From NCBI GenBank assembly GCA_951406725.2, contig OX597820.1:41044001-41108000 (forward strand): 64,000 nt of DNA. The letters run 5' to 3'. The translations under genes were made by a program, and so were the position numbers. The notes under the pieces are model-generated. The model did no database searches. It was not told where the DNA came from and saw only the letters and a list, made by a program, of their open reading frames with translations. How positions within the stretch are numbered: position 1 is the first letter of the stretch; each line of letters begins with the position of its first letter. The stretch comes from Octopus vulgaris. Taxonomy: Eukaryota. This document shows, one piece after another, positions 28,770 through 41,315 of this stretch.

Positions 28770-29279
28770 ACTTATAAGCTACCACTATATTTGGCTTATA
28801 GTTTTGCTGTAGGGACTCAAGCATTTATCCCTTCTGAGAATAAAGCTCTAACCTCACGCTGTACTAGGAATATGAGTTGGACTGCAAGTTAACAGAACCA
28901 CTCTGTGTAACCACTGATTTCAGCGATGTGATGCACCTATCCATTTGAGATTTAGCCTTGCCCCACGCAAATCTTATCTTTTTGTTATAAACTTATTATT
29001 ATAGTGTCTACTCTTGATCGTTTTAAAACCCAACTATTTGCGTGTTGTCTCTCGTTCATTGATATTGTCTACCATGATTTGGGACTTTGTGGCCAATAAA
29101 AGAAATAATGATGATGATTATTATTATTGTTATTGTTGTTGTTGTTAGTAGCATTAGTATTAGTATTAGTACTCTGAGTGAACTGGCGCTACTGACATAA
29201 TAGGAAACCGCTGACATTATAAAACTGAACGAACTAAAACTTACCCTTACGACTCACACGTCTCCAAAGTGAGCAACCA

Positions 29280-29409
<130 letters not shown>

Positions 29410-29465
29410 GTTATATATATATATATGTGTATGTATATATATATGTGTGTATATATATATATATG

Positions 29466-29526
<61 letters not shown>

Positions 29527-30292
29527 CGAACAAGGAGTTAGGTGAGTAATAAATAAATAAATGATATTTTAAGAAACAAAAGACTGCCGGCTTCCTTTAA
29601 TGTCTACAACTGCTTCAAACAACTAATATCAAGGAAAAAGCAATACTAGACAAAATATGAGTTCATTCTTAAGACACAAACGATTTTTCATTATTTATAT
29701 TATTATTAATATTCTGTTTTGTCTTCTTAATGGACACCGTCCCCAGCCCTATCAATTATATCGACCCTGCAGAGATGAAAGGCAAATAGGATCCATATAC
29801 AGATACACATAGGTGAATATGTGCATTAATATATATTTACACTATATGTATGCATGCATGTATGCTTATATTTATGTGATATGTTGACTATGCACATTAA
29901 TAGATGTATATGTATGTATATATATATATTTATATAGATCGTGTATGTAATTATGTATGTATTTTATTATTGTGAGGATAAGTTCGGGCAAGTGGAAACA
30001 GTGAGTTTATGAGTGTTTGCAATGGTCTTTACACAGTGCGTGTATGGGATATTTTGAAGCAAACTCAAATTTGATGGGAGGGCGAAAATTTACTGCCTTT
30101 AGAAAAAAACGCCATTGTTTTTCCCGTCCAGATTTATTAGGCTCCGAAAAAAAGAAAAACGTATCTCTCTCTCTCTCACACCCTCACCCCCTCTCTCTTT
30201 CATCCTTTCCTTCGCTATGTATGCATGCATGTGTACGTGTATGAATATATGTTTGCGTATAAATATAATATTTGTATCATACAATATATGAA

Positions 30293-30373
<81 letters not shown>

Positions 30374-30602
30374 CAGATAGATAGATAGATAGATAGAAAT
30401 AGAGACAGAAAAAGAGAGATTATAATAATATATTAATAAAATAGACATGCGCGCGCGCGCACATACACACACAAACACATGAGTACAACCAAATCGAAAA
30501 GACAACAGAATATATAATTAAGAACATAATGGATAAAGTACTCAAAATATTCTCTATTTTCTCAAGGTACGATTATAAGTCCTAGGACAATGTAACTGTT
30601 TA

Positions 30603-31653
30603 CGAGGGTGGGCTGAAAAGTTTATAGGTTAACTATGAAAGTGTGATGCCAGAGCTGTGAAATCTTTCATGCATTCATTTCAACTGTTGTCATTAATAAC
30701 TGCATTGTTTCTTTCCAGGTAAACTGTTATCTGATTGTTCAAAGACTTCAAATGTAACTGCACTTCTCTTGAAAATGGTCAAAATTGGGAATTTATGGTG
30801 TTATCAAGTACCGGCAGAAAAAGGTTTCAGCCCTCAAGGACATCCATATTGACATGGTTGCTATATTAATGGGTGATGTTCTAGGCTTATCAACAGTGCA
30901 AAAGTGGGCAGCTAAATTTAAGAGGAAAAGGGGGAGTCTTGAAGATGGACCCAAGGTCTGGACGTCCTGCAACTGTCACTACCAAGGAACATATTTATTG
31001 TGTTCACCACAAGCTGACGGATGACAGGTGATTGACTATAAATCAAATAGTCAATGTTAGCATGTTCAGTGAGAGATTTAAGAATATTTTGCACAATGAA
31101 CTTGACGTGACAAAGGTGGCACTCTGTGTGTACCACGTCTTCTGACACCTCATCAAAAGCGTACTAGGGTGATCACATCACAGGAAAAATCTGTTTTGGA
31201 GCATATCCAACCGGTTTCTTTAAACGTTTCCTAACTCAGGATGAGTGTTGGGTTCATCAGTTTTAGCCAGAGACAATGAGACAATCCGTGCAGTGGAAAC
31301 ACCCCTCCTCACCTGCTCTAAAGAAGACCATGGTTGTTTCATCTGGTAGGAAGTTGATGGCCTCAGGTTTTGGGGGTGGAAAAGGCATCGTGTTTATTGA
31401 GTTTCTTCAAAAGGGCTACACCATTAATGGAAAGCCAACATGCTGAGTTAGTTACGAAAGGTTGTCAAGTCCAAATGCCCAGAAAAACTGACGAAATAGA
31501 ATTTGCTTAATCGAGACAATGCTCCAGCACACAAGTCATTGGTTTAAATGGCTACTGTGAGTGATTGGCTTTGAACTGGTTGATCCTCTTCCCTATTCTC
31601 CTGATTTGGCTCTATCTAACAATCCTTTGTTCACCAATATGAAGAAACAATTG
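30603..31653 (+). mobile_element. Mariner DNA transposon, 3'-truncated (irritans-like terminal inverted repeat)
   Basis: TA at 30601-30602 then cgagggtgggctgaaaagtt, followed by a decayed transposase; no right terminal repeat seen. Confidence 0.88.
30775..31653 (+). pseudogene. Mariner transposase pseudogene with frameshifts and stops
   Basis: HTH region STVQKWAAKFKRKRGSLED; CVPRLLT (WVPRLL motif, ~31127); TQDECWVH (~31234); DNAPAH (~31515); PYSPDLALSN (YSPDLAPSD motif, ~31591). Confidence 0.9.
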
Positions 31654-31659
31654 AAACAT

Positions 31660-31978
31660 TCATAACTTTCTCTGGCTTCTTAATGTTCACTACCAGATAC
31701 TTCGTTTTAATTTCATTCACTTTCAGTCCCACACTCATCGACACAGTCTCAGACTCCTGTATCAACTCCTCTGCTCCCGTCACTGTATTTGTCACCAGAA
31801 CTATGTCGTCAGCAGATTCAGTATCTGATATCTTTTTAGCTTTGACCCTCTTGCTCTGAGCCGGCGCTACAGGAGAGCCAGAGTTTTGTTGTTTCTCCAA
31901 CGCAAAGCGCAGATAATAGTCCACCACGATGATAAAAAGGTAGGGAGCCAATATATCTCCTAGAATCACTCCAGCCTG
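31660..31978 (-). pseudogene. Non-LTR retrotransposon reverse transcriptase fragment (RTE-like)
   Basis: AGVILGDILAPYLFIIVVDY (GVxQGDxLAPxLF motif), ESADDIVL (YADD-type motif), VGLKVNEIKT (GLxxNxxKT motif). Confidence 0.88.
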
Positions 31979-32153
31979 TATATATATATATTTATATATC
32001 ACATTGAATGAGGTGGAAAACTCAGCTGCGAATATTCCGTGTATAGTATCTTTGTCTATATTTTCCGTTCGTTAAGTTTCGTCTAGTTTCCCGTTTGTTC
32101 TGCTTTCGTCTAACTTTTTCTCCTTGTTATGTTCTGTCTGTTCAGCCCTTCAT

Positions 32154-32184
<31 letters not shown>

Positions 32185-32260
32185 AACTAGTAAATATATG
32201 TATCTATGTATATGTGTGTTTATATATATGTATGTGTGGAGATATATATATTTATGAATG

Positions 32261-32414
<154 letters not shown>

Positions 32415-33211
32415 TATGCATGCATATGTATTATGTATACAGACATAAATGTCTACATACATACATACATACATACATACATACATACAAATTGAAGCTA
32501 TTTGCTACTGCTGCATAACGAAAATGGTAACACGAGGTTATCCCCTTAGGAGTGCATCCCTCTGGATTAATATATGAACCAGAACAGCGTATCCACAGTC
32601 AATGACACACCACCGGACTCGTATCACCAACAATACAGCACTCATAACCATTATCGTCAGCATTATCGTCTTGATCAAGCAATAGCAAATAATATTGATT
32701 TATGTGTTTGTTTGCTCGTTTGTTTTGTTTTTGTTTTTTTTTTTACTAAGAAGAGCTGCTGCACCTACAAAAAAATAAAAAAAGAAAACTTAAAGAATAA
32801 ATTAATAGTTTTGTATTTCTGCCTCCTGGGAGAAGCAAACTTGTTGTTTAGATAAAACAGTTGTTTGTTGGTTTTTTTGTTCAATTGTTGAAAGGTGGCT
32901 TGTCCTGGTGGTGGTGGTGGTGGTGGTGGTGGTGGGGGTTGATGTGAAGGAGAACTGGATAGGGTTGAGAAGTAAAGGGGAGGGTGCCAGAGGAAGCAGT
33001 AGTGATGGTAGTTGTTGGTAGCATAATGGCAATGGCGAGAGGTACTCGTGTATTGGTGATAGCTCGGTATCGGTGGTGTTGGAATATGCTATTGATGATA
33101 TTTAGCTTTAGATGAATGGCAATGTTCAAAATTGATGTCACTGCTATTGATACTGACTACTACTACCACGACCACCCTCACCACCACCACTACTACTACT
33201 ACCATGACCCC

Positions 33212-33279
<68 letters not shown>

Positions 33280-33282
33280 GGT

Positions 33283-33519
33283 GAGGCGGCGAGCTGCCAG
33301 AATCGTAAGCACGCCGGGCGAAATGCGTAGCCGATTTTCGCTTAACGACATTCCGTCCGTCTGCACGTTCTGAGTTCAAATTCCGCCGAGGTCGACTTTG
33401 CGTTTCATCCTTTCGATGTCGATTAATTAAATACCAGTGAAACACTGGGGGTCGATGTAATCGACTAGTCTCCTCGCCCCCACAAATTTCAGGCCTTGTG
33501 CCTTTAGTTGAAAGGATTA

Positions 33520-33520
<1 letters not shown>
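33283..33520 (+). mobile_element. SINE family C, full-length, with (ATT)n tail to ~33583
   Basis: aggcggcgagctgccagaatcg ... gagttcaaattccgccgaggtcgac ... tttcaggccttgtgcctttagttgaaagg. Confidence 0.9.
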
Positions 33521-33584
<64 letters not shown>

Positions 33585-34352
33585 GCAGCTGATACATCTG
33601 TGATAGTGCTACATTCCGAAGATTATTGTAATTGTGTTTTACACACTTAGAATTAATGTTCATATATGCAATAGTAACAATAATGGTAGTAATATACCAT
33701 GTATACCCAGGTATAATTTGATTACATGTCAAAATTAGTGTCTCCTTTCTAAGTTGGGTAAAAACAATCGAGAATTTTCCATATATTTGCGCGTAAAGCA
33801 TGACTATGTTTTCGAAAGTAACTGACCAACTGTTGAATTTAGATATATCATCGTATGTATAAAACTCAGGACAAGGAAATATCTTTGTCCAATTTTTTTT
33901 TTTACGTGCTTGCACTTCAGTGTAACTCACACATCATTAATGTATCCTGGAAATGGTACATGATTCTATTATTTACAAAAAGTTATTACAATGTTAAAGG
34001 AAATATCTAAGCCAACTTATTATTTTGCGATATAAAGAGTGACTTTGTGACCGATTGCAACAAGCCTACATCTATTTAAGTTACACTATTTCATTCACTT
34101 TCAATTAGTAAATGTTTGGGTGACTAAATGCTAGTTTTATTTATGTATTACTCTTCCCTTTTGAAAATTTCTTTTTTGTTGTTGTTGTTGTTGTTTTTGC
34201 GACTGGTCTTTCATGCATTTATCTACTGCACTTATTTCATAGTTATCTTTTGTGTGGTAAATCAACCGAGATCAGTTTCCGTGAAACATTCAAGGATATA
34301 TTACTATATGTCATTTATACCGTGGCAGTTTTACCTTTTTGTCATCACAATA

Positions 34353-34490
34353 ATGAGTACAAATCAGCAGCAGAAAAGCTAGCAAAAATGTATGGTAGGA
34401 TTTAAATTGAAAGTTATTAAAACTGTAGAAAAGATAACTGTGCTGCAGCAAAAGATTTTATAATTCCACGATAATAATAATAACAACAAC

Positions 34491-34565
<75 letters not shown>

Positions 34566-34905
34566 CAGAAATCGAGAAATATATCGGACAAGTTTCAGAA
34601 AATAGCCCACCCATGAAAAAAAAAAGATAAATAAAATGCCATCATAGCTAAGCCAAACAAGTTTCCAAACTTAGAGAAAAACAAGTTGCTCTGTGGATAT
34701 TAAAAACTTGTCAAAGTGAGAAACCTACAGAATTATGCACGAGAAGAATTGAAGGAAGCAGGAATTTTAGATTGGATTTCAAGACCATTATTGGATGGCG
34801 TGCAGGTTCATGAAAAGAAATGATTTAGAACTTTGGCAGAAAACTAAGATTACGCAAAAGCTGCCTGATAAACTAAACGATAAGATATGACGATTTCCGC
34901 AGTTT
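34353..34905 (+). pseudogene. pogo-type (POGK-like) transposase N-terminal relic, interrupted by an (AAT)n expansion
   Basis: Manual translation across frameshifts: GFKLKVIKTVEK / NCAAAKDF (Brinker-like DNA-binding domain), KFPNLEK / QVALWI, DFKTIIGW / RFMKRNDLELWQKTKITQKLPDKLNDKI (CENP-B HTH, FKASxGW..RFMKR..QKLP pattern). Confidence 0.75.
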
Positions 34906-35465
34906 ACAAGATCGAAATGGTGATTTTTCAATGAACTGTATGATGTAAGCTGTGATGTGTAGAATCAAATTACACCTTTTTTTCTTTTTTACTAATTTCT
35001 AAGTGAATTGGGCTTCCGGTGATATGTGGTATATGATATTTTGTACTCATAATCAATTTCGCCATTATACTCCATTTCTAATAAAATTATCACTTTTAGT
35101 TTTGCCAACTGTGTAGAATAATTTTTGCGAAGTAGGTGCAATAAGAACTAAAAATATACATTGTTTTCATCAGTTCTTACTTAATCTGTGTAGCCTATAT
35201 GACACCCCAAAATTTCTTTAAACTGATCTTATTGCAGTTAACTTTATTTTTGACATCTCTTGCCCGTGTTTTGTTTTCTAATTGCAAGGGTAACCTCAGT
35301 TTATTTTTCAACTCACGATATAACACATATGAGGTCCTACCGTATTTGTATTTAACAAGCAGAACACTCTCCCGAGGTGTTTCCTCTCAGACATATTATT
35401 GGACAATGTGATCCGTAGTGAACTATTTACTATTCCTAATTGTGAAACTGAATCATGGCTGGAAG

Positions 35466-35626
35466 CACTAGCTCCGGTATGGGCGGTCCATCCCGGGCGG
35501 CACTTTTAAAGGAGCAGCACTTTGGGTCTGCTTTAGGCAATATGTCAGTTGTAGGCACTATGGAGTCCGGGAGGGTGGCAAACAGAAGGGCCGACTCGGG
35601 CGGCACACACCCTAGCTACGCTAGAG
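35466..35626. mobile_element. hAT-type MITE with 8-bp TSD
   Basis: gctggaag at 35458-35465 and 35627-35634; termini cactagc / gctagag (6/7 inverted match); cgggcggcac occurs twice internally. Confidence 0.75.
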
Positions 35627-35872
35627 GCTGGAAGGATTTTGATTAAAATCAGGAATGAGAGCATGTACAAGAGATGAATAGCTGGAAGTGTTCTTGTTTA
35701 GCTCCAGATGAGCTTTGATTAAACACTTATGATCAAAGACAACTTAGCCATGACTATCCCACCTCCTCTGAAATACTTTGTCTCATATTGCATTCTCCAA
35801 TGAGCACCTCCCTTTTATTTTTAAGGAAAAAAAATTATAACCCATAAAAACAAAACAAAACAGGGTTGAGAA

Positions 35873-36277
35873 CCACTGCGGTGGCACATTGAGCATGCGT
35901 ATTCTTGCTCGGGCCAACCAAAGACTTATGAATGGGTTTCGTAGACGGAAACTGAAAGAAGCCCATCGTGTGTGTGTATTTGTCCCGCACCACTGCTTGA
36001 CAACCGGTGTTTGTGTGTTTGCGTTCCCGTAACGTAACGGTACGGCCTAAGAGACTGATAGAAAAAATACTAGGCTCAACAAAATAGCAACAAAAAAAAA
36101 TACCCCAGAGGGTTGATTCATTCGACTAGAAAAAAAAATTTTCAAGGCGGTTTCCCAGGATGGATGCAGTGTCATGACTGAAACAAGTAAGAGAATAAAA
36201 GATTTGATTCGACTCAAGGCGGTGCTCCAGCATGACCGCAGTCAAATTACTGAAACAAGTAAAAAAGTAAAAGAGTA
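35873..36277 (+). mobile_element. SINE family B, 5'-truncated, with duplicated 3' tail
   Basis: Two successive tails (caaggcggt..ccag..atg..gcagt..tgaaacaagtaa) at ~36143-36200 and ~36216-36277. Confidence 0.85.
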
Positions 36278-36739
36278 AAGTAGTGTGCGATTTGAGAGAG
36301 ATTTAGTTGCTGTTCTTAGCAAGTCGGAGCGACCACATAGAGTTTCAGCGGAAGGGATTTAGTAAGCCGATAGCACTCGGTGTGTTGGTGATAGCGGTGT
36401 CCAATGGGTCTGGGGTGTAAGTAGGTAAGCCGGTTGTTAATAGGGGAGGCGTGGTGGCTGGCGGTCGCTGCCTCTCTTGTCTCCACTGCAGCAGCTACTG
36501 TAGGTTGATATAGGAAATAGTCTCTATTTGTGTCCGTTGTCAATAATGGAGTTCTGCTGGAGTGGGGGGGGTCTCAGCCGTTACAGCAATTAGTAGAAAT
36601 AACGATGGGTGCAGTGGCGATGGTTGTGGTGGTGTATAAGCGATAGCACTGTTGATAGTACGAGGCAAGGAAATCTGAGTAAACTAACTGCAGTGTTGAG
36701 GTTCGTAATGATGGGTAGCTGCACTGCCGTTGACGGTGG

Positions 36740-37210
36740 TGGTGGTGTTTGGGGTAGTGTTATAGGTGGTGGCGGATATGGTGGTAGTGGTGGTGGTGGT
36801 GGTGGTGGTGGTGGTGGTGGTGGTGATGGTGACTATGTTAGGGATGTTAGCTGTGGTCTTAGTTTCGGTAATGGCTGAGGTGCCTGTGGTGGTGGTGGTG
36901 GTGGTGTTGGTGGTGGTGGTGGTGATGGTGGTTGATGTGCTTATGATGGTGGTGATAATGGTGTCAGCAATGATGGTTGTGTTGTTGGTGGTGATGTAGC
37001 TGTGTTAATGCTGGTGGTGGTAGCGGTGGTGTGTGGTTGTTGTTGGTGAAGGTGGTGTATTGGTGTTGTTGTTGTTGTTCCTGCTGCTGTTGGTGGTGGA
37101 GGTGGTTGTGGTTCGGTGATGGTGACTATACGAATACTAGGTTGTTGTGTGACGGTGGAGACGATGATGATTGCGGTGGTGAAGGGAGTGGTGGATGCGT
37201 TGGTGGTGGA
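36740..37210. repeat. GGT/GTT low-complexity tract
   Basis: Degenerate triplet repeat; similar tracts at 40300-40710, 48235-48430, 51120-52650, 54050-54360, 62130-62400. Confidence 0.9.
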
Positions 37211-38542
37211 GTTGACATGAGATTATATCTGATGACGATCAGTTACTTTAGTAAGGGGTAATCTCAAAACCTCCCCCTCTATTTCTATTCCACTCTTTCT
37301 TTCTCTCTCACTGTCAACCACACTCTCCTTTTCTCTCTCTCTCTCTCGATTAGTTGAGTGGGATTTTCTGTTGTTGATATCGAAACGGATGACCAGGGAA
37401 GTAAATTAATGACATAAGGACACCTACACAGAATCATTTCAAGTCTGAGGTTGTATGGTAGGGAAATAAGAGAGAGGGAGAGAGGGAGAGAGACGGGTAG
37501 GAGCAGATACAGTTGACTATAACAAATAGCACGAGACACAAATGGAGAGAAACACAAAGAAATAGAGGAGAAAAATAGACGGAAATATAGGGGAAGGAAG
37601 TACAGAATAGAGAGGTCAAGAGATGAAACAAAAGAAGCAAAATAGCAGAAGAACAAAAACTAGTCAGGACGAGGAAATACATAAACACACGAACTAAATG
37701 AATAAAATAGAAAACAAAGTGGGAAGAGAAAATATAGAATATATGAAAGAGAAGAGAGAATCCATAGAGACAGTGAGAAAGAAAGAATGAAAGAACGAAA
37801 GAAAGAAAGAAAGAAAGAAGGAAAGAAAGAAAGAAAGAGAATGTGCAAAGAGTTGGTCGAGGTGATTGCAAGAGTTGGCATTGGTGTCTTAAGCTACTTT
37901 ACTGTTAAGTCATAACAGAGAGACGACAGCTTGTATTTGGAAACATTGAAGACTAAAAGAAAACTAGATAATGGTCTAGCTAGCTGGTTGTGTAAGAGAC
38001 TGGAGTCGTGCCCATATTCTATAACATTCACAGCTTGTGCTTTGCAGATGTCTTTGTTGTTGCTATTTTCGTTGCTAATTGTTTTATGAGCTAGACTTTG
38101 GTTGGGAAAAATAGGTTTCATTTTGACTGCACAACTCTTTCTCACTTTATACTAAAAAGACTGTAGTTTATGAAGAAGAATTCAATATAATGACATTCGT
38201 GTTCTTACTGGGCCTCTCCTCCTCTCTCTCAATTTCCCTTTCTCTCTCTTTTGCTCCCTCTCTCTCTCTGTCTTTCTCTCATCTATTTAGCTACTGATAG
38301 AACAGACCAATGGTCAGAGCCGTTCAAGTCCTAAATACCACATCATATTAGTGTTATCTTTTTGTGCTTTTGAAACACGTAGAGAGATACTGAGGGAAGA
38401 TTGTTGGCTATTTTTAGCAGGACGAGCAATCCTGCACATGCTTTTGTCCCTTTTTTGTTTGCTTTTCGTGATAGAAATTTTGAATAGGCGCGCATTAATT
38501 TTTCGTAATCTTAGTATATGAGAACGCATTTGATATACTTAA

Positions 38543-38953
38543 TTCTTTTATTTGTTTCGGTCATTTGACTGCGGCCATGCTGGAGCACCGCCTTTAGTCG
38601 AATAAATTGACCCCAGGACTTATTCTTTGTATGCCTAGTACTTATTCTATCGGTCTCTTTTGCCGAACCGCTAAGTTATGTGGATGTAAACGCACCAGCA
38701 TCGGTTGTCAAGCAATAGTTTGGTGGGAGGACAAACAGGCACACACACACATACATGTATGTGTATATATCTATATATATATATATGTACCACGGGCTTC
38801 TTTCAGTTTCCGTCCACCAAATTCACTCTCAAGGCTTTGGTTGGCCCGAGGCTATAGTAGAAGACACTTGCCCAAAGTGCCATGCAGTGGGACTGAAACG
38901 GGGATCATGTAGTTGGTAAACCAGCTACTTATCATACAGCCACTCGTGCACCT
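38543..38953 (-). mobile_element. SINE family B, full-length
   Basis: All family B segments present in reverse. Confidence 0.92.
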
Positions 38954-39125
38954 ATACTATATAGTCAGAGTAGAGCAGTAACTGTGCTTACGGCCTTTGC
39001 CGGACTTACTAGATCGATATGTATCCTAGTTTCAGTGTTTCAGTCTTTGGACTACGGCTATGCTAGGATATCAGTGGTCAAGCGGTGGAGAGAGGATAAA
39101 CACAAAGACACAGACATGCGCGCGC

Positions 39126-39187
<62 letters not shown>

Positions 39188-39536
39188 TTTTTTCAGGATT
39201 AAATACAAAGAAGACAACAAACGGAATATATGACACACGTAGATATTATATAGTTTTTGGTGTTAATTATTCATCCATTACACATGTTTCATTTGTTAAT
39301 AGGATTTACGAAACTGTACATAGAGGAGAAACAATCTCCTATTTTGATATGTAATTATTTGGAAAAAATATAAAGAAGCTATTTTCCAGAATTTTCAACT
39401 CTTTTGCATATCTCACTCAAATATAATACCTACATAAAACTATGGAGGACTGGAATAAACAGATGTGCTCCAAGAAGACACACCTCGGATTTTAACCCTA
39501 TCTACATATTCTATGTGCGTGTGTGATATATATAAA

Positions 39537-39723
39537 GGGAAAGTTTATGAAAATAAACAAAAGACGAAGGCAGGTGGAGTACAAACAAACAAAAATGTAT
39601 TAGTATAGCGCTCAGGAATAGAAAAAGTCTTTTACGTTTCGAGCCTACGCTCTTCGACAGAAAGATACACAGAAAAAAAAACAGGAGAGAAACAAGGAAA
39701 GAAAAAATGCGTGTAGGAGCTAA
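39537..39723 (-). mobile_element. Penelope-like pseudo-LTR fragment with a hammerhead-like motif at 39628-39665
   Basis: Minus strand: UCUUU-CUGUCGA-A-GAGC guag GCUC-GAAAC-GUA-AAAGA in a pyrimidine-rich context next to a short TA run. Confidence 0.55.
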
Positions 39724-40574
39724 AGCACTAAAAGAGAATGACTCTCCCCAGACACAATAAAGATAGATAGATAGTCAGATACACGCATATATGTGTGTAT
39801 GTGTGTGTGTGTGCGTGTGTATGTGTGTGTGCGTGTGTATGTGTGTGTGCGTGTGTATGTATACATGTATGCACACAATCACACACATACACACGCAAAC
39901 ACATCTAAATTGAAATATTGATATTTTAAGATATATGTAATATTAAATACATTATATATAGTATTGATATTATATAATACACACACACACACGCACACAC
40001 AATTATGCGTATATAGGTGTTTGTGTGTATATATGTGCGGATGCAGTACGTAATAATATATAACTTTAAAGAGAACGACAAATAGGGAGACAGAAAGGCG
40101 GTGATGTGTAAGGGTGGAGGCAACGAGAGGAAATAGAATAGGTATTGATTAGTGTCATTAACGAAAGAATCGATTAATATATCCGACCACATCAAAGATA
40201 ACCTTTATAACTTTTAACTAGAGTCACCATAGTTACAGAGATTACAACTTCGTTTCGGTACAAATACACACATTCGCATCAGCACCACGGTAACTATACA
40301 GCTGCTGCTACCACCATCGCCATCAATACTACCAAGGCCACCCTCATCATAATCATTGTCATCACCAACACAATCAGCTTTTTCATCCCTAATACCATGA
40401 TCATCATCACTACCACCACCACCACCACCACCACCACCACCACCACCATATGCTCTTTCTCATCAACACTACCACAGTTGCTACATCCGCATCGCCGCCA
40501 CCACCACCACCACCACCACCACCACCACCACCACCACCAACGCCATTGCCACCATGAACATCACCTTTGACATG

Positions 40575-40606
<32 letters not shown>

Positions 40607-40819
40607 CATCACCATTACCATTATCCCCACCACCATCACCACCACCATCAAATTCATCATCATTACAATGATACCTGTTATTGTTGTCATCACTGACATC
40701 AGCACTGTCATCAACTTAAGAATATTTTGTAATTAGTTAGGTAATGACACAATGGTTTATGCTATTGACTATTAAACTACCTCTGTCTAATCACTTCCAG
40801 TATGCATTTCCATTGCTCT

Positions 40820-41105
40820 AAGTTCTCGGTTCAAAACCCGCCTTGGTTAACTTTGTTTTTCATCCTTTCGTGGGTCGATACAATAATGTAACAATCATAA
40901 GCTGGAGTTATATTTAATCGATTAATCCCTTCCATCAAATTTTTCGGGCCTTATAATCTTTATTAGAAACAGTTAATCTGATTTAGAGACGATGAATTAG
41001 CTGAGTTATTAGGACATAGGAAGTGTTTTGTAATATTAGTCTGGCTTCTTAAGTTCTCTGTTCATATCCCATCGAAATTAACTTGTCTTTCATTCTTCTG
41101 GGGCT
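40820..41105 (+). mobile_element. Two diverged tandem SINE family C copies
   Basis: ttcaaaacccgccttggttaactttg..tcatcctttcgtgggtcgata; then gatgaattagctgag ... ttcattcttctggggc. Confidence 0.65.
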
Positions 41106-41111
41106 GGAACA

Positions 41112-41315
41112 GACTGTGTTGTGTTCTTGAGCAAGACACCTTATTTCACGTTGCTCCAATTCATTCATCTGTACAAATGAGTCGCGAAATCAGCAGTGCC
41201 AAGCTGTATCGGTTTTTTACTTTTCCCTTGAGCTACAGCGTGCCCGGACTTGTACCTCAGAGGGGGACTTTCTTGGTGCAATCTCATGGCCATTCATGAC
41301 TGAAGGGGCTCTTTC
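41112..41315 (+). mobile_element. SINE-like fragment, family D (CORE-like motif)
   Basis: ttgtgttcttgagcaagacaccttatttcacgttgctcca..aaatgagt resembles the gtgtccttgggcaagacact motif of CORE-type SINEs; single copy in this window. Confidence 0.5.
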
